Position numbers and translations under genes: made by a program
NCBI GenBank assembly: GCA_963816395.1
Contig: CAWFKQ010000007.1
Location: forward strand, 1-64,000
Direction of reading: 5' to 3'
DNA: 64,000 bases
DNA from: an uncultured delta proteobacterium
GTDB lineage: Bacteria; Desulfobacterota; Desulfuromonadia; Desulfuromonadales; JACZKF01
Notes under the pieces: model-generated
The model's input: only the letters and a program-made list of their open reading frames with translations
What the model was told of the DNA's origin: nothing
Databases searched by the model: none
Shown here: positions 9,305 through 21,483 of the stretch, piece after piece
How the letters are laid out: each line of letters starts with the position of its first letter
Position numbering within the stretch: position 1 is the first letter of the stretch

Positions 9305-9588
9305 CCCCTACCCTCCTTTGAATCACATCAACCAAATTGTGACCTTAGACAATTTCTAGACGCAGCGGGTCAGGCCTGCAAACTTGCAATCTGCAGCTAA
9401 TCAACCACTGCGAAAAAAAACCCCACCAGGCCTCACCGACACGGAACGGTCATAAGTATTCCGTTTGCCTGCCCTGGAACCCCCATCGCCGGCCCCGGTC
9501 ATTAAAATTTGCAGATGCCGCAGATTAACCCAGGCGGGCACAAAGGGCAAGAAATTCAGGCCGACGAAAGACAAAGGCGAAAGACAAA

Positions 9589-9729
9589 GGTGTCAGGTCT
9601 CCACCTATGACAAAACTGTAGATGAGCATTTGAGATTAGCTTGGGTCCAAGGGGGGATTAATGGGTAGACCGTTATGGATCACGTATGAGGGAGGTCATT
9701 ACCATGTAACCTCGCGGGGCAACCAATAG
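9589..9729 (+). pseudogene. 5' remnant of a second Y1/RAYT-type transposase with upstream inverted repeat
   Basis: 9661-9729 reads MGRPLWITYEGGHYHVTSRGNQ*, matching the M.RPLRI...G..YHVTSRGN start of Y1 transposases; imperfect inverted repeat TGTCAGGT..ACCTATGACA at 9591-9612. Confidence 0.7.
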
Positions 9730-9760
9730 AAAAAGGGGTTAGGCGATTGCCTAACCCCTT
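9729..9760 (-). terminator. Intrinsic terminator after tRNA-Gly
   Basis: AAGGGGTTAGGC/GCCTAACCCCTT hairpin followed by a T-run on the minus strand. Confidence 0.8.
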
Positions 9761-9768
9761 GAAATTTA

Positions 9769-9843
<75 letters not shown>

Positions 9844-9855
9844 GAAGCGTTCGAA

Positions 9856-9884
9856 ATTATAGGGGCGGCCCCCTCACCTGTCAA
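9856..9884 (-). promoter_or_regulatory. sigma70 promoter of tRNA-Gly
   Basis: TTGACA-17 nt-TATAAT, perfect consensus. Confidence 0.88.
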
Positions 9885-11191
9885 TCCTTTTCTTGCCGCC
9901 GGAGAAGGAAGTCGCGGGCCGCCTCCGGGCTGTTGACGCGGCCCGCGATCTCTTCTTTTCGCACCGCCGCCAAGGCCGCACCGAGGGCTGGTCCCTCGGG
10001 CAGATTCAGGTGCTCGCGCACCCACCGGCCGTCCACCAGGTCGGGCACCCGGCCGTCAGGCGCCAGTCGCAGCCAGTCGCGCAGGACCGGCCGCAGGCGA
10101 GCCAGGGCGGCGGCGGGAGGCTCGGTGCGCAGCAGGGCAAGGAAAAGAAGGGAGTCGGGGACGCTGCCGCCGGTCTCGGCGGCCCACAGGGCGCGGCTGC
10201 GCTCGCGGTCCGGCAGCGTATCGACCTCCCCTCCCCTCGCCGCCGGCATATCGAGCAGGTGGCGAATGACGGCTGCGGATCGGCGGCCGAAACGCAGGCC
10301 GGCCAGGCTGCCGGCGCTATCGGCGGGTTGCCAGCCGCGCAGGAAGGCGGCGAGCTTGAGCAGGGCGGCGCGGCTCAGACCGGCCTCGAATTCCGCGGTC
10401 GACAGAGGGGCGAGCTCTGGGTCCTCTGCCAGCAGCGCAAGCAGTTCCTCCATGCGCCCGGCCAGCGTCGAGGCGGAGTCGGCTGAACCTGCCAGCCGGG
10501 GCGGGCCGAAAATGGCGCTACCGAGACCTATAAATTCCATGAGAGAAATTGTCGAACTAATCGGTTTTGTGGCGAAAATCTGCCCGACTTCGAACCGCAC
10601 CCGCTCCGGAGCGACCCGGCACAGGAGCCCAGCAGCAGCGCGCATCCGGTCCTCGGTTTCAGTCTCCAGTGTGAAATGAAGGGTGGCCGCGTGGCGCACC
10701 CCCTTGAGCACCCGCAGGGGATCGTCCTGTAAGACGCCCCCGGAGCAGGCACGCAGGCATCGGGCCTGCAGATCGGTCCGGCCGCCGAGCGGGTCGAGGA
10801 GGGGGCCGATCCTCCCGCCGGGGAGCAGGGGGACGGCCAATGCGTTGACCGTAAAATCGCGCAGGCGCAGATCGCCAGGGAGACCCGGCCCGCGGAAGGG
10901 AGCGAAATCGTAAGTCGCCTCCTCCCCCTCCCGCCGGGCGACCACCCGGCTCTGCCGGCGCGCGGAGTCGAGGAAGAACCAGGTCCCGCCGATCCGTCCG
11001 GCGAAGTTCCGGGCCAGATCGGTCGGGTCGAACGGTCCGGTGAAATCGAAGTCGGCAACCGGCCGTCCAAGAAAAAAATCGCGCACGGCGCCGCCGACCA
11101 GGTAAAGCTCACCATCGGGAGGGAGCAGGCCCGTCAGGTGCGGAAGAATGCGGGCTCGGGTGAGAATGTCGCGGAGACCGGAAATATCCAT
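9881..11191 (-). CDS. tRNA nucleotidyltransferase / poly(A) polymerase family protein
   Basis: LVGGAVRD...DFD, RDFTVNALA, DDPLR and ERV motifs; start taken at ATG 11191, downstream of the terminator. Confidence 0.88.
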   Translation of the reverse strand: MDISGLRDILTRARILPHLTGLLPPDGELYLVGGAVRDFFLGRPVADFDFTGPFDPTDLARNFAGRIGGTWFFLDSARRQSRVVARREGEEATYDFAPFRGPGLPGDLRLRDFTVNALAVPLLPGGRIGPLLDPLGGRTDLQARCLRACSGGVLQDDPLRVLKGVRHAATLHFTLETETEDRMRAAAGLLCRVAPERVRFEVGQIFATKPISSTISLMEFIGLGSAIFGPPRLAGSADSASTLAGRMEELLALLAEDPELAPLSTAEFEAGLSRAALLKLAAFLRGWQPADSAGSLAGLRFGRRSAAVIRHLLDMPAARGGEVDTLPDRERSRALWAAETGGSVPDSLLFLALLRTEPPAAALARLRPVLRDWLRLAPDGRVPDLVDGRWVREHLNLPEGPALGAALAAVRKEEIAGRVNSPEAARDFLLRRQEKD

Positions 11192-11252
11192 AAGATCATC
11201 TTTACCACTGAGCTTGCTATATTCCAGAAAGCGGTAAGCCTGTGGACTCGTG

Positions 11253-11281
11253 AAAAAAAAGGGCGGGTTCTTAGCCCGCCC
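11253..11281 (-). terminator. Intrinsic terminator after the aminotransferase
   Basis: GGGCGGG/CCCGCCC hairpin plus T8 on the minus strand. Confidence 0.85.
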
Positions 11282-11307
11282 TCCTTCCAACTTTTAGAAC
11301 ACGTAGT

Positions 11308-11342
11308 GCCGCTAGCCGCTAGCCGCTCGCCTCTAGCCGCGC
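11308..11342. repeat. Heptamer tandem repeat (GCCGCTA-like x5)
   Basis: gccgcta gccgcta gccgctc gcctcta gccgcgc directly after the stop codon. Confidence 0.75.
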
Positions 11343-11344
11343 AC

Positions 11345-12649
11345 TTAACCCAGATCGTGAACCGCCTTGTAGATAATGTCGAACAGTTCCTGGATGTCCT
11401 TCTCGGCGATGCAGGAGAAGGCGATGCGCAGGTCGGTCTTGTTGATGGAGATCGTCCCCACCCCGTACTTGTCGAGCAGATGCACGCGCAGTTTCTCGGC
11501 ATCGACGCTCTTCAGCTTCAGGCACATGAAATAGCCGGAGTTGAAGGGGTAGTAGTCCCAGGCGTCGCTGTATTTGCCGGCATCGAGGACCTTTTTCACC
11601 TGGCGGGCCCGCCCCTTCATCACCTGGAATTTCTCTTCCTTCTGCCTGGCGAACTCCGGCGAGCGCAGCCCCTCGATGACGAAGGTCTGCGAGGGGTGCG
11701 GACAGTTGGAGATGACGGCGCGGATGATCCCCATCGTCTTCTTCTCCAGGGCGTTCATCACCGGCGCGTTCTCATAGCCGTTGCCGTCGGCGAAGGTGAT
11801 GAAGCCGGTGCGGAAGCCCCAGACGAACTCCTCCTTGGTGGCGCCGTCGAGCTTGATGGCGAGAATGCGCGGGTGCAGGTTGGCCAGTTTGCCGAAGAGG
11901 GATTCCTGCATGGAATCTTCGTAGAAAAGGCCGAAATAGGCGTCGTCGGTGATCGCCACCACATTGCAGCCGCCTTCCGCCACCTCCTTGATCGCCGCCA
12001 CCAGGGCGTCGCCCTCCGCCACCGTCGGGGTGTAGCCGCTCGGGTTGTTGGGGAAGTTGAGCAGGACCACCGCTTTCCCCTTCTCGGCGGCGGTGTTCTT
12101 CAGTTCGGCCTTGAAGGCCGGGACGTTGTAGCCCCCGCTGACGGTGAAGGTCGGGTGTTTCCTGAGGATCGCCTTGTTGCGGGTGGCGAAGGTCAGGTTG
12201 TAGTTCCCCCACAGCATGTCCGGCAGGACGAGATGGTCCCCCGGATCGACGAACATGTCGCCGACGATGGAGAGGCCGTGGGTGAGGGCGTTGGTCACCA
12301 CCGGGTTGCTGAAGTGCTTTCCCTGCTGGCTGGGGTTTTCCCGCAGCATCTTCTCCCGCCAGAGGGCGCGCAGTTCCGGTTTGCCGGCGGGCGGCGCGTA
12401 AGGGTAGATATCCTTGGGATCGAAAGCGGCGAGCTTCTCCTGGATGCACTGCAGGTACATCGGGCCGCCGTTCTCGGTGGCGATGCCGATCGTGGCGTTG
12501 AACTTGTGCGCCTTCTCCTTGGCCTCCGCCGACTGGGTCAGGATCCCTTTGGGGAAGAAGAGGTTTTTCCCCAGGTCGGAGAGCATCTCCAGGACATGGG
12601 GGCTGTGCTGGGCAAGCTGGTCATTGAGTTCCTTGGCCAAGGGATTCAT
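11345..12649 (-). CDS. PLP-dependent aminotransferase class I/II
   Basis: NFPNNPSGY, DDAY and GATKEEFVWGFRTG motifs. Confidence 0.93.
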   Translation of the reverse strand: MNPLAKELNDQLAQHSPHVLEMLSDLGKNLFFPKGILTQSAEAKEKAHKFNATIGIATENGGPMYLQCIQEKLAAFDPKDIYPYAPPAGKPELRALWREKMLRENPSQQGKHFSNPVVTNALTHGLSIVGDMFVDPGDHLVLPDMLWGNYNLTFATRNKAILRKHPTFTVSGGYNVPAFKAELKNTAAEKGKAVVLLNFPNNPSGYTPTVAEGDALVAAIKEVAEGGCNVVAITDDAYFGLFYEDSMQESLFGKLANLHPRILAIKLDGATKEEFVWGFRTGFITFADGNGYENAPVMNALEKKTMGIIRAVISNCPHPSQTFVIEGLRSPEFARQKEEKFQVMKGRARQVKKVLDAGKYSDAWDYYPFNSGYFMCLKLKSVDAEKLRVHLLDKYGVGTISINKTDLRIAFSCIAEKDIQELFDIIYKAVHDLG

Positions 12650-12719
12650 CAGATCCTCCGGAGTAAAAGTATGTAAGCGGGCCGCCTCCCGGGCTCGGAA
12701 CGGGTCCGCACAGCCGGCA

Positions 12720-12749
12720 ATTAAATCAGGATTGTCGCCGCTTTGTCAA
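12720..12749 (-). promoter_or_regulatory. Probable sigma70 promoter of the aminotransferase
   Basis: TTGACA-18 nt-TTTAAT with TGn extension. Confidence 0.55.
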
Positions 12750-12794
12750 CGGGAATATGGGAACTGCCTCATGCGTACCGGCAGCGGCGATCTC

Positions 12795-13418
12795 TCACCC
12801 GCCTGCCCTTCGCTTCAGCAGTTTCATCTGGAAAATCCCCTCCCGGTCCTTTTCCTCCAGTTCCTCCTCAATGTAATCGACGGTGGCGGCGTACTGGGGA
12901 ATGAACATGTGCTCCAGAGCCCGTTCGCGGCGCAGCGTCTTGCGGGTCTCCATCGCCAGGCGGTAAATGGCGGTCTCCAGCGCCGCCAGCGCCGCCAGTT
13001 TCTCGGCCACTTCCCGGAACAGGTGCACGGCGCGGTCGGCCGCCAGGGTTTCGCCGGCCAACCCGTAAGCCGGTCGGCGGGGCGAGGGCAGCCGCCCTTC
13101 GGCCAACGGTACCACCACCCCCATGACGCCGTGCTCCTCCAGGCGGATCTCCAGGTCTTCGGGGATGGCCAGGGCCAGCCGTTCCAGGGCAGCGAATCCT
13201 CCGGCCATGGCCGCCTCGGCGAAGGCTTGATAGGCGCGGGCAAGCAGCGCATCGAATTCCTCCCTTGCTCGCTGCGCCGCCTCCTGCCGCTGCAACATCT
13301 CCATCACCAGCAGCTGTCTCTTCTGGGTCAGCAGTTCCTTCCCCTCCCGGGCGAAGGCCAATTCGTCCTTCAGGCGAAGCAGGTTGCTCCTGGTGGCGGA
13401 AACCCGCAGTCGTTCCAT
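12795..13418 (-). CDS. ntpD: V/A-type ATPase subunit D
   Basis: ATRSNLLRLK..LA..G.ELL.QKR; KT.RR.RALE...IP; last gene of the operon. Confidence 0.92.
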   Translation of the reverse strand: MERLRVSATRSNLLRLKDELAFAREGKELLTQKRQLLVMEMLQRQEAAQRAREEFDALLARAYQAFAEAAMAGGFAALERLALAIPEDLEIRLEEHGVMGVVVPLAEGRLPSPRRPAYGLAGETLAADRAVHLFREVAEKLAALAALETAIYRLAMETRKTLRRERALEHMFIPQYAATVDYIEEELEEKDREGIFQMKLLKRRAGG

Positions 13419-14804
13419 TATTCATTCCCCCGCCGCAAGTAGCGCTCGATCTCCTCGGCGGAGAGCCGCCCGAGTTCTTCCTCGGGGAGGATCCGCAGAC
13501 ACTCCCATCCCAGGTCCAGGGTCTCCGTCAAGGATCGGCCGCGGGCCGACTCCTGGGCGATGAAGCGGCGCTCGAAGGTCTCACCGAACTCCAGGAAGCG
13601 GCGGTCGGTATCGGAAAGCTCGTCGCGGCCAATGATCGCCGCCAGCCGTTCGATCTGCCGCGCCTGGGCGTAGGACGCGTAAAGCTGGGAGGCCAGATGG
13701 TCGTGATCCTCGCGCGTTTTCCCGGCGCCGATGCCGTCATTCATCAGTCGCGACAGGGAGGGGAGCGGGTTGATCGGCGGATAGATCCCTTTGCGGTTGA
13801 GGTCGCGGTCGAGAACGATCTGTCCCTCGGTGATGTAGCCGGTGAGGTCGGGGACCGGGTGGGTGATGTCGTCGTTGGGCATGGTGAGGATCGGCAGCTG
13901 GGTGATCGATCCCGGCCGGCCGTGCAGCCGGCCGGCGCGCTCGTAGATGGAGGCGAGATCGGAGTAGAGATAACCGGGATACCCCTTGCGGCTCGGCACC
14001 TCCCCCTTGGCGGAGGCCACTTCCCGCAGCGCCTCGCCGTAGTTGGTCATATCGGTGAGGACGACCAGGACGTGCTTGCCCAGGTCGAAGGCGAGGAATT
14101 CCGCCGCCGTCAAGGCCATGCGCGGGGTGAGCAGCCGCACGACCGAGGGATCGTCGGCCAGGTTGAGGAACATCACCACCTGCCCGCTCACCCCGCCGGT
14201 CTCGAACAGCTCCTGAAACTGGCGGGCGACGTCGTGCTTGACGCCGATGGCGGCGAAGACGATGGCGAACGCCTCCTTCTCACCGATGCGGGCGTGCTGG
14301 ATGATCTGCCCGGCGAGATCGTTGTGCGGCAGGCCGGAGGCCGAGAAGATGGGCAGCTTCTGGCCGCGCACCAGGGTGTTCATGCCGTCGATGGCAGAGA
14401 TGCCGGTCTCGATAAAATCCTCCGGGTAGCTGCGGGCTACCGGATTGATGGCGCTGCCGTGGACATCGCGAAGGGTGCGGGAGAGGACTCGGGGGACCGC
14501 CGTCCAGGGGGCGCCCCAGGCCATCGAACACCCGCCCCAGCAGCTCTTCGCTGACCGGCAGATGAAAGGTGCTCCCGAGGAAACGCACCCGGGCCTCGGC
14601 CAGGGCCAGACCGCCGGTCCCTTCGAAAACTTCCACCACTGCCAGCGATTCACCGACCTCCAGCACCCGCCCCTGCAGGCTCTCCCGCCCCGGCAGGATA
14701 ATCTCCACCCGTTCGTTGTAGCCGACCTCGCGCACCCCTTCGAGGAAGATCAGCGGCCCGCGGGCGCGCTGCACGCCGACATATTCGCGCTGGGCCAGGC
14801 TCAT
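13418..14804 (-). CDS. ntpB: V/A-type ATPase subunit B (frameshift at G5 run near 14490)
   Basis: [59 protein letters not shown]-terminus lies in another frame. Confidence 0.93.
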
Positions 14805-16597
14805 CCCTCTCTCTCCTCTTCCTCCGGCGGCGGGAAGAGGCGACGGACCTCCTCTTCCATCTGCCGGATGATCTCATCGATGCGCCCGGCCTGGTCGTTG
14901 GCGATCTCCGACTTCAGCCGCCGCAGCGTCCGGAAGCTCTCCAGTTGGCGCAGGCGACAGAAGGGGACCCTGCGCTCCACCAGCTGCCGCCCCAGTTCGC
15001 TGAAGCGCAGGATGGCCTGCAGCATCTTCGCCTGCTTCTCCGGCCGGGCATACATGTCCACCGGATCAAAGGCGCTCTGCTGCAGGAAACCCTCCTTGAG
15101 CAGGCGGGCGGCGAGCACCGTCATCCGTTCTCCATCCGGGAGGGAATCCTCGCCGATCAGCCGGATGATCTGCTGCAGCCGGTTGTCCTCGCGCAGGATG
15201 CTGCGGGCCCGCGCCTTGAGCGCGGCCAGATCGACCGGGACCGCCTCCGCCCACCATTGCTCCACGTCCCGGTCGTATTCGCTGTAGGAATCGATGGTGT
15301 TGATGGAAGGAAAAAAACGGGCCGAGGCCAATTCCTTGTCCAGGGACCAGAAACAGCGCACGAAGCGCCTGGTGTGCTGCGTCACCGGCTCGGAAAAATC
15401 GCCGCCGGGCGGCGAGACGGCGCCGATGATGGAGACCGAGCCCTCCTCGCCGGCCAGGGTCCGCACCCGCCCGGCCCGCTCGTAGAATTCGGCCAGCCGG
15501 GTGGCCAGGTAAGCGGGAAAGCCCTCCTCCGCCGGCATCTCCTCCAGGCGCCCGGAGATCTCCCGCAGCGCCTCCGCCCAGCGCGAGGTGGAATCGGCCA
15601 TCACCGCCACGTGGTAGCCCATGTCGCGGAAGTATTCGGCAATGGTCACCCCGGTGTAGATGGAGGCCTCGCGGGCCGCCACCGGCATATTGGAGGTGTT
15701 GGCGATGAGGATGGTGCGCTCCATCAGCGGGCGGCCGGTGTTGGGGTCCTTCAGGGAAGGAAAATCGGTGAGGACGCCGGTCATCTCGTTCCCCCGCTCG
15801 CCGCAGCCGATATAGATGATGATATCGGCATCGCTCCACTTGGCCAGGTTGTGCTGGGTGACCGTCTTGCCGGTGCCGAAACCGCCGGGAATGGCGGCCG
15901 TCCCACCCTTGGCAAGGGGGAAGAAGATATCGATGATGCGTTGGCCGGTGATCAGGGGAACCGAGGGTGCCAGCCGCCGGCGCACCGGCCGCGGCCGGCG
16001 CACCTCCCAGTCCTGGCGCAGGCGGAGGGGCACCTCGCCTTGTTCGGTGACCAGCACGGCCACCGGCTCATCGACCGTATACGCGCCGGCGGCGGCCACC
16101 GAGCGCAGCTCCCCCCGCAGGTCGGGCGGCACCAGTATGCGGTGTTCGACGAGGGGAGTCTCCGGGACCACGCCAAGAATTTCCCCTCCGTTCACCCGCG
16201 CCCCGGCCTGCAGGCGGGGCCTGAATTCCCAGCGCCGATCCCGGTCGAGACGCGGCGCCGATACCCCGCGCCGGATGAAGGGGCCGGCGGCCGCCTGCAA
16301 CTGCTCCAGCGGCCGCTGAATGCCATCGAGCACCCGGGCGATGATCCCCGGGCCGAGTTCGACGCTGAGCGGCGAACCGGTCCCCAGGACCGGCTCCCCG
16401 GGACGCATCCCGGCGGTATCCTCGTAAACCTGGATGGTCAGCACATCGCCGGCGATACCGATGACCTCCCCTATCAGCCTATCGGCGCCGACCTTCACCA
16501 CCTCCAGCATGCGGAACCCGCCGCCGGCGCGGGCCTGCACCACCGGTCCGCTCACCCAGACGATTTCCCCTTCGGCCTCAGCCTTTCGGCCGTTCAT
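14801..16597 (-). CDS. ntpA: V/A-type ATPase subunit A
   Basis: PGGFGTGKT Walker A, GCGERGNEM, DSTSRWAEALRE, SPPGGDFSEPVTQ. Confidence 0.97.
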   Translation of the reverse strand: MNGRKAEAEGEIVWVSGPVVQARAGGGFRMLEVVKVGADRLIGEVIGIAGDVLTIQVYEDTAGMRPGEPVLGTGSPLSVELGPGIIARVLDGIQRPLEQLQAAAGPFIRRGVSAPRLDRDRRWEFRPRLQAGARVNGGEILGVVPETPLVEHRILVPPDLRGELRSVAAAGAYTVDEPVAVLVTEQGEVPLRLRQDWEVRRPRPVRRRLAPSVPLITGQRIIDIFFPLAKGGTAAIPGGFGTGKTVTQHNLAKWSDADIIIYIGCGERGNEMTGVLTDFPSLKDPNTGRPLMERTILIANTSNMPVAAREASIYTGVTIAEYFRDMGYHVAVMADSTSRWAEALREISGRLEEMPAEEGFPAYLATRLAEFYERAGRVRTLAGEEGSVSIIGAVSPPGGDFSEPVTQHTRRFVRCFWSLDKELASARFFPSINTIDSYSEYDRDVEQWWAEAVPVDLAALKARARSILREDNRLQQIIRLIGEDSLPDGERMTVLAARLLKEGFLQQSAFDPVDMYARPEKQAKMLQAILRFSELGRQLVERRVPFCRLRQLESFRTLRRLKSEIANDQAGRIDEIIRQMEEEVRRLFPPPEEEEREG

Positions 16598-17207
16598 CGC
16601 CCTCCCCGAAAATCAACGCCCCTATATCCGCCGCCCGCTCCCGGCGCAGCCGGCCGAGGACGGCGGCAATGGAGTTGTCGCAGCGCAAACGGCCGTCCGT
16701 ACTCTCAACGATCACCCCGAGAGGACCTTCGCCCACCTCAACTGCCATCTCCGCCGAGAGCCGCCGGCGCAGATCGTCGCTTGCCCCGCCCAGATGAACC
16801 CGCAAGGGACCCTCCGGCAGGAGCGCCCGGGCGGCGGTAAAAAGACGCCGCAGCAGGGCATCGAAGCGCTCGGGATCTTCGCTGTGCAGAACTTCCACCA
16901 GTTCTCCAGCGCGATCGAAAACCGCCTCGATCTCCTCCATCTGCACCTGCCGCAGGCGGTTGTGTGCGGCCAGCTCCTCCCGTAAAATTGCGCGCCGGTG
17001 CTGCCGGGCAAGATTCTCATCCAGGCGCGCCCTGGCCGCGGCAAAGTCTTCTTCCGCCTGCCGGCGCGCCTCGGCCAGGATCTGCTCACCCTGGCGCCGA
17101 GCCCGTTCGCGCACCGCCGCCGCCTCCTCCTGGATGTCCCGGATCAGTTCTTCTTCAAGCGTCGAGGGCATCACCTCTCCTACTTCGTCAACTATGATAT
17201 CTTCCAT
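16578..17207 (-). CDS. ntpE: V/A-type ATPase subunit E
   Basis: N-terminal coiled coil; GVIVESTDGRLRCDNS C-terminal motif; start may be MPSTL at 17171. Confidence 0.85.
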   Translation of the reverse strand: MEDIIVDEVGEVMPSTLEEELIRDIQEEAAAVRERARRQGEQILAEARRQAEEDFAAARARLDENLARQHRRAILREELAAHNRLRQVQMEEIEAVFDRAGELVEVLHSEDPERFDALLRRLFTAARALLPEGPLRVHLGGASDDLRRRLSAEMAVEVGEGPLGVIVESTDGRLRCDNSIAAVLGRLRRERAADIGALIFGEGDERPKG

Positions 17208-17474
17208 TAAGCCTTATTCCTCAGACTCGGGAGCGTCGTGACATTTTCGCTATCCAGCTTGTTGAGAGAAAAACGGTAACGCCAGATGCAATCTGAGAAC
17301 CAACGCAGAGGGAATCCGCAAGATTCGCTTTACATCCATTGAGACTTGCATTCCCTTTTGCGCATTAGCGAAAAAAACCTGGTTTTCATTGTCTTCGTGT
17401 CGAGGCTCTGCGTTAAAAGCCTTTGCTTCTTATTACTTTTATAATAGGTCAAGGCCAGGTGGAACGTTTAGCCG

Positions 17475-17779
17475 TCAAAGTGAGATGCCGAGGGCGTGGC
17501 GGATCAGGGCCAGAACATTCGGCCGCCCTTCGGCCGGACCGCCAAAACCGGGGACTTCGACCACCAGCGGTGCCCGGGGGTCGAGTTTCCAGCGGTCGAT
17601 CTCGTCGCGCACGTTGCCGGCCGTCGACTCTTCGATCACCAGCAGACGAAGATCCCGGCGCTCCCGCGCCTTTTTCATGGCCGCGAGGGCATCCCTGCGG
17701 CTACTCACCGCCTGCCCGGGAAGGCCGCCGAGGGCAAAAGCGGCCACGACTTCGGCCGAAGCGAGCACCAGGAGAGCCA

Positions 17780-17780
<1 letters not shown>
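17475..17780 (-). CDS. ntpF: V/A-type ATPase subunit F
   Basis: 101 aa; F.LGG, PLVVEVP, IR.ALG motifs; operon context. Confidence 0.85.
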
Positions 17781-20048
<2,268 letters not shown>

Positions 20049-20050
20049 CG

Positions 20051-21046
20051 CTAGTCCTCGTGCATGATCAACCGGGAGACAATCCCGTCTTTACCGGCGC
20101 CGAAATGCAACCCTTCGAGAACAGTCTGCAGATCGCCCGTTTCCAGTTCCTTCAGCAGCACGACGGCCAGAGGGATAGAGAGATCGAAGGGGGGAGAGCG
20201 CAGGATCCGCCGCAGTTCCCGGTAGAGGCGGCGCTGCAGCAGGCGCTCCCCCGCTGCACCAAGAAGATCCTCCCCGCCGACGGCCGGCAACAGCCGACGC
20301 AACGCGGTCTCCGGCTCCTCGGCGGCCAGCGCCCGGCGCACCCGGTCGCGTGGGAATAGGGAGCCGAGGGGCGGCAGGGCAGCCGCCACCTGGCCCGGCG
20401 GCAGGCTTTCCCGCCAGCCGCGAACAACGATGCGCAACCGGTCCAGGTCGGCGCGCAGTCCAAGGATTTCCCTGGCGGCCTGCCGATCAAAGAAACTAAG
20501 ACTCGCCAGGCGGGCTGCCAGCGTATTCCAGAAGGCGCGGTCCAGATCCGTTTCCAGCCGGAAGAGGCACTCTTCCGGCCGCAGGAGCAGCGCCTGCCGC
20601 ACGACCCGGCGATAAGGAGACGGTGGCAGCAGATCGACCAATCCCGCCAGATCGGAAGCAGCGGATAGGTCCGCGGGGAGCAGCCGGGGAAAATCTCCCG
20701 GCAGCAACCGCTTGCCGGCAGTCTCCGCCGGCCGCCCGGTGAGCAGGGCGCGGCAGAGGGTTTTCAGGTTTTCCACCGCCGGCCGCTCACGATAAGCCCA
20801 GATCACCCGGCCCGCCGCCGGCGGCAGGGAATGGGCGATCCTTTTGGCCAGACGCAGGTATTCTCCAATCAGGCGCCGATCTGCTTCGCCGTGCGGAACG
20901 TTCGGCAAATCAAGGGCCTCAGCGGCGCCGGCACGACCGCTCGCTTCAACCAGGGAGGTCAGGACGGATGGACCGGCGAAAGCGGTGGCCAGGGCGCGCG
21001 CACGGGCATTAGCGTAGGGGTAACGCAGGAGGCGCTGCAGCATCAA
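20051..21046 (-). CDS. ntpC: V/A-type ATPase subunit C/d
   Basis: YPYANARARA, ENLKTL.R, LETDLDR, KELE..DL; 331 aa. Confidence 0.85.
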   Translation of the reverse strand: MMLQRLLRYPYANARARALATAFAGPSVLTSLVEASGRAGAAEALDLPNVPHGEADRRLIGEYLRLAKRIAHSLPPAAGRVIWAYRERPAVENLKTLCRALLTGRPAETAGKRLLPGDFPRLLPADLSAASDLAGLVDLLPPSPYRRVVRQALLLRPEECLFRLETDLDRAFWNTLAARLASLSFFDRQAAREILGLRADLDRLRIVVRGWRESLPPGQVAAALPPLGSLFPRDRVRRALAAEEPETALRRLLPAVGGEDLLGAAGERLLQRRLYRELRRILRSPPFDLSIPLAVVLLKELETGDLQTVLEGLHFGAGKDGIVSRLIMHED

Positions 21047-21360
21047 TCCTCCTCCAGCCAGGAGAGGACCCGGCGCACGGCCGCTTCCCGCAGTTCGGCG
21101 CCCCGGGCACGCAGCACCGCCGTTTCGGCGATGGTGCGCTCCCGTACAGCATCAAGGGACCGGCCAGTCTCGGCCTCTGCCTCCTGCCGCCGCTGCGCCT
21201 CTTCCCGGCCCATCTCCTCCTCCGCCCGCAGGCGGAGCCGCCGGGCCTCATCCCGGCAGCGCGCCAGTTCCTGCCGGGCTTCCGCCTCAGCCGCGGCCAG
21301 GCGTCGCCGTCCCTCGGCTTCAAGCTGCAGGACCGTTTCCAGATCTTCCCGGAACGTCAT
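21043..21360 (-). CDS. V/A-type ATPase subunit G/H (peripheral stalk)
   Basis: 105-aa E/R/A-rich coiled coil starting MTFREDLE; first gene of the operon. Confidence 0.75.
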   Translation of the reverse strand: MTFREDLETVLQLEAEGRRRLAAAEAEARQELARCRDEARRLRLRAEEEMGREEAQRRQEAEAETGRSLDAVRERTIAETAVLRARGAELREAAVRRVLSWLEED

Positions 21361-21417
21361 CTGTGCGCCCCTCCGAATGTGTCGACCGTAATTAACATTA
21401 TCCGGTTTTCTCCGGGG

Positions 21418-21433
21418 TGCAAGGCAATTGCCT
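21418..21433 (-). promoter_or_regulatory. Candidate sigma54 promoter for the ATPase operon
   Basis: Minus strand AGGCAATTGCCTTGCA = GG-N10-GC with TTGCA; overlaps palindrome AAGGCAATTGCCTT. Confidence 0.4.
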
Positions 21434-21483
21434 TCGAGACGAGAGCATGTTACTGTCACCGCGTTTTCCCTCCCGGAGCCGCC

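Noticed and set aside
14480..14500. Programmed frameshift or phase variation in subunit B
   Set aside because: Only a G5 run, no slippery heptamer, and similar indels occur throughout the window.
14945..16840. 631-aa plus-strand ORF
   Set aside because: Antisense shadow of ATPase subunit A.
17208..17474. Riboswitch or small gene between ATPase F and E
   Set aside because: No recognisable aptamer or convincing ORF; only repeat-like inverted 9-mers.
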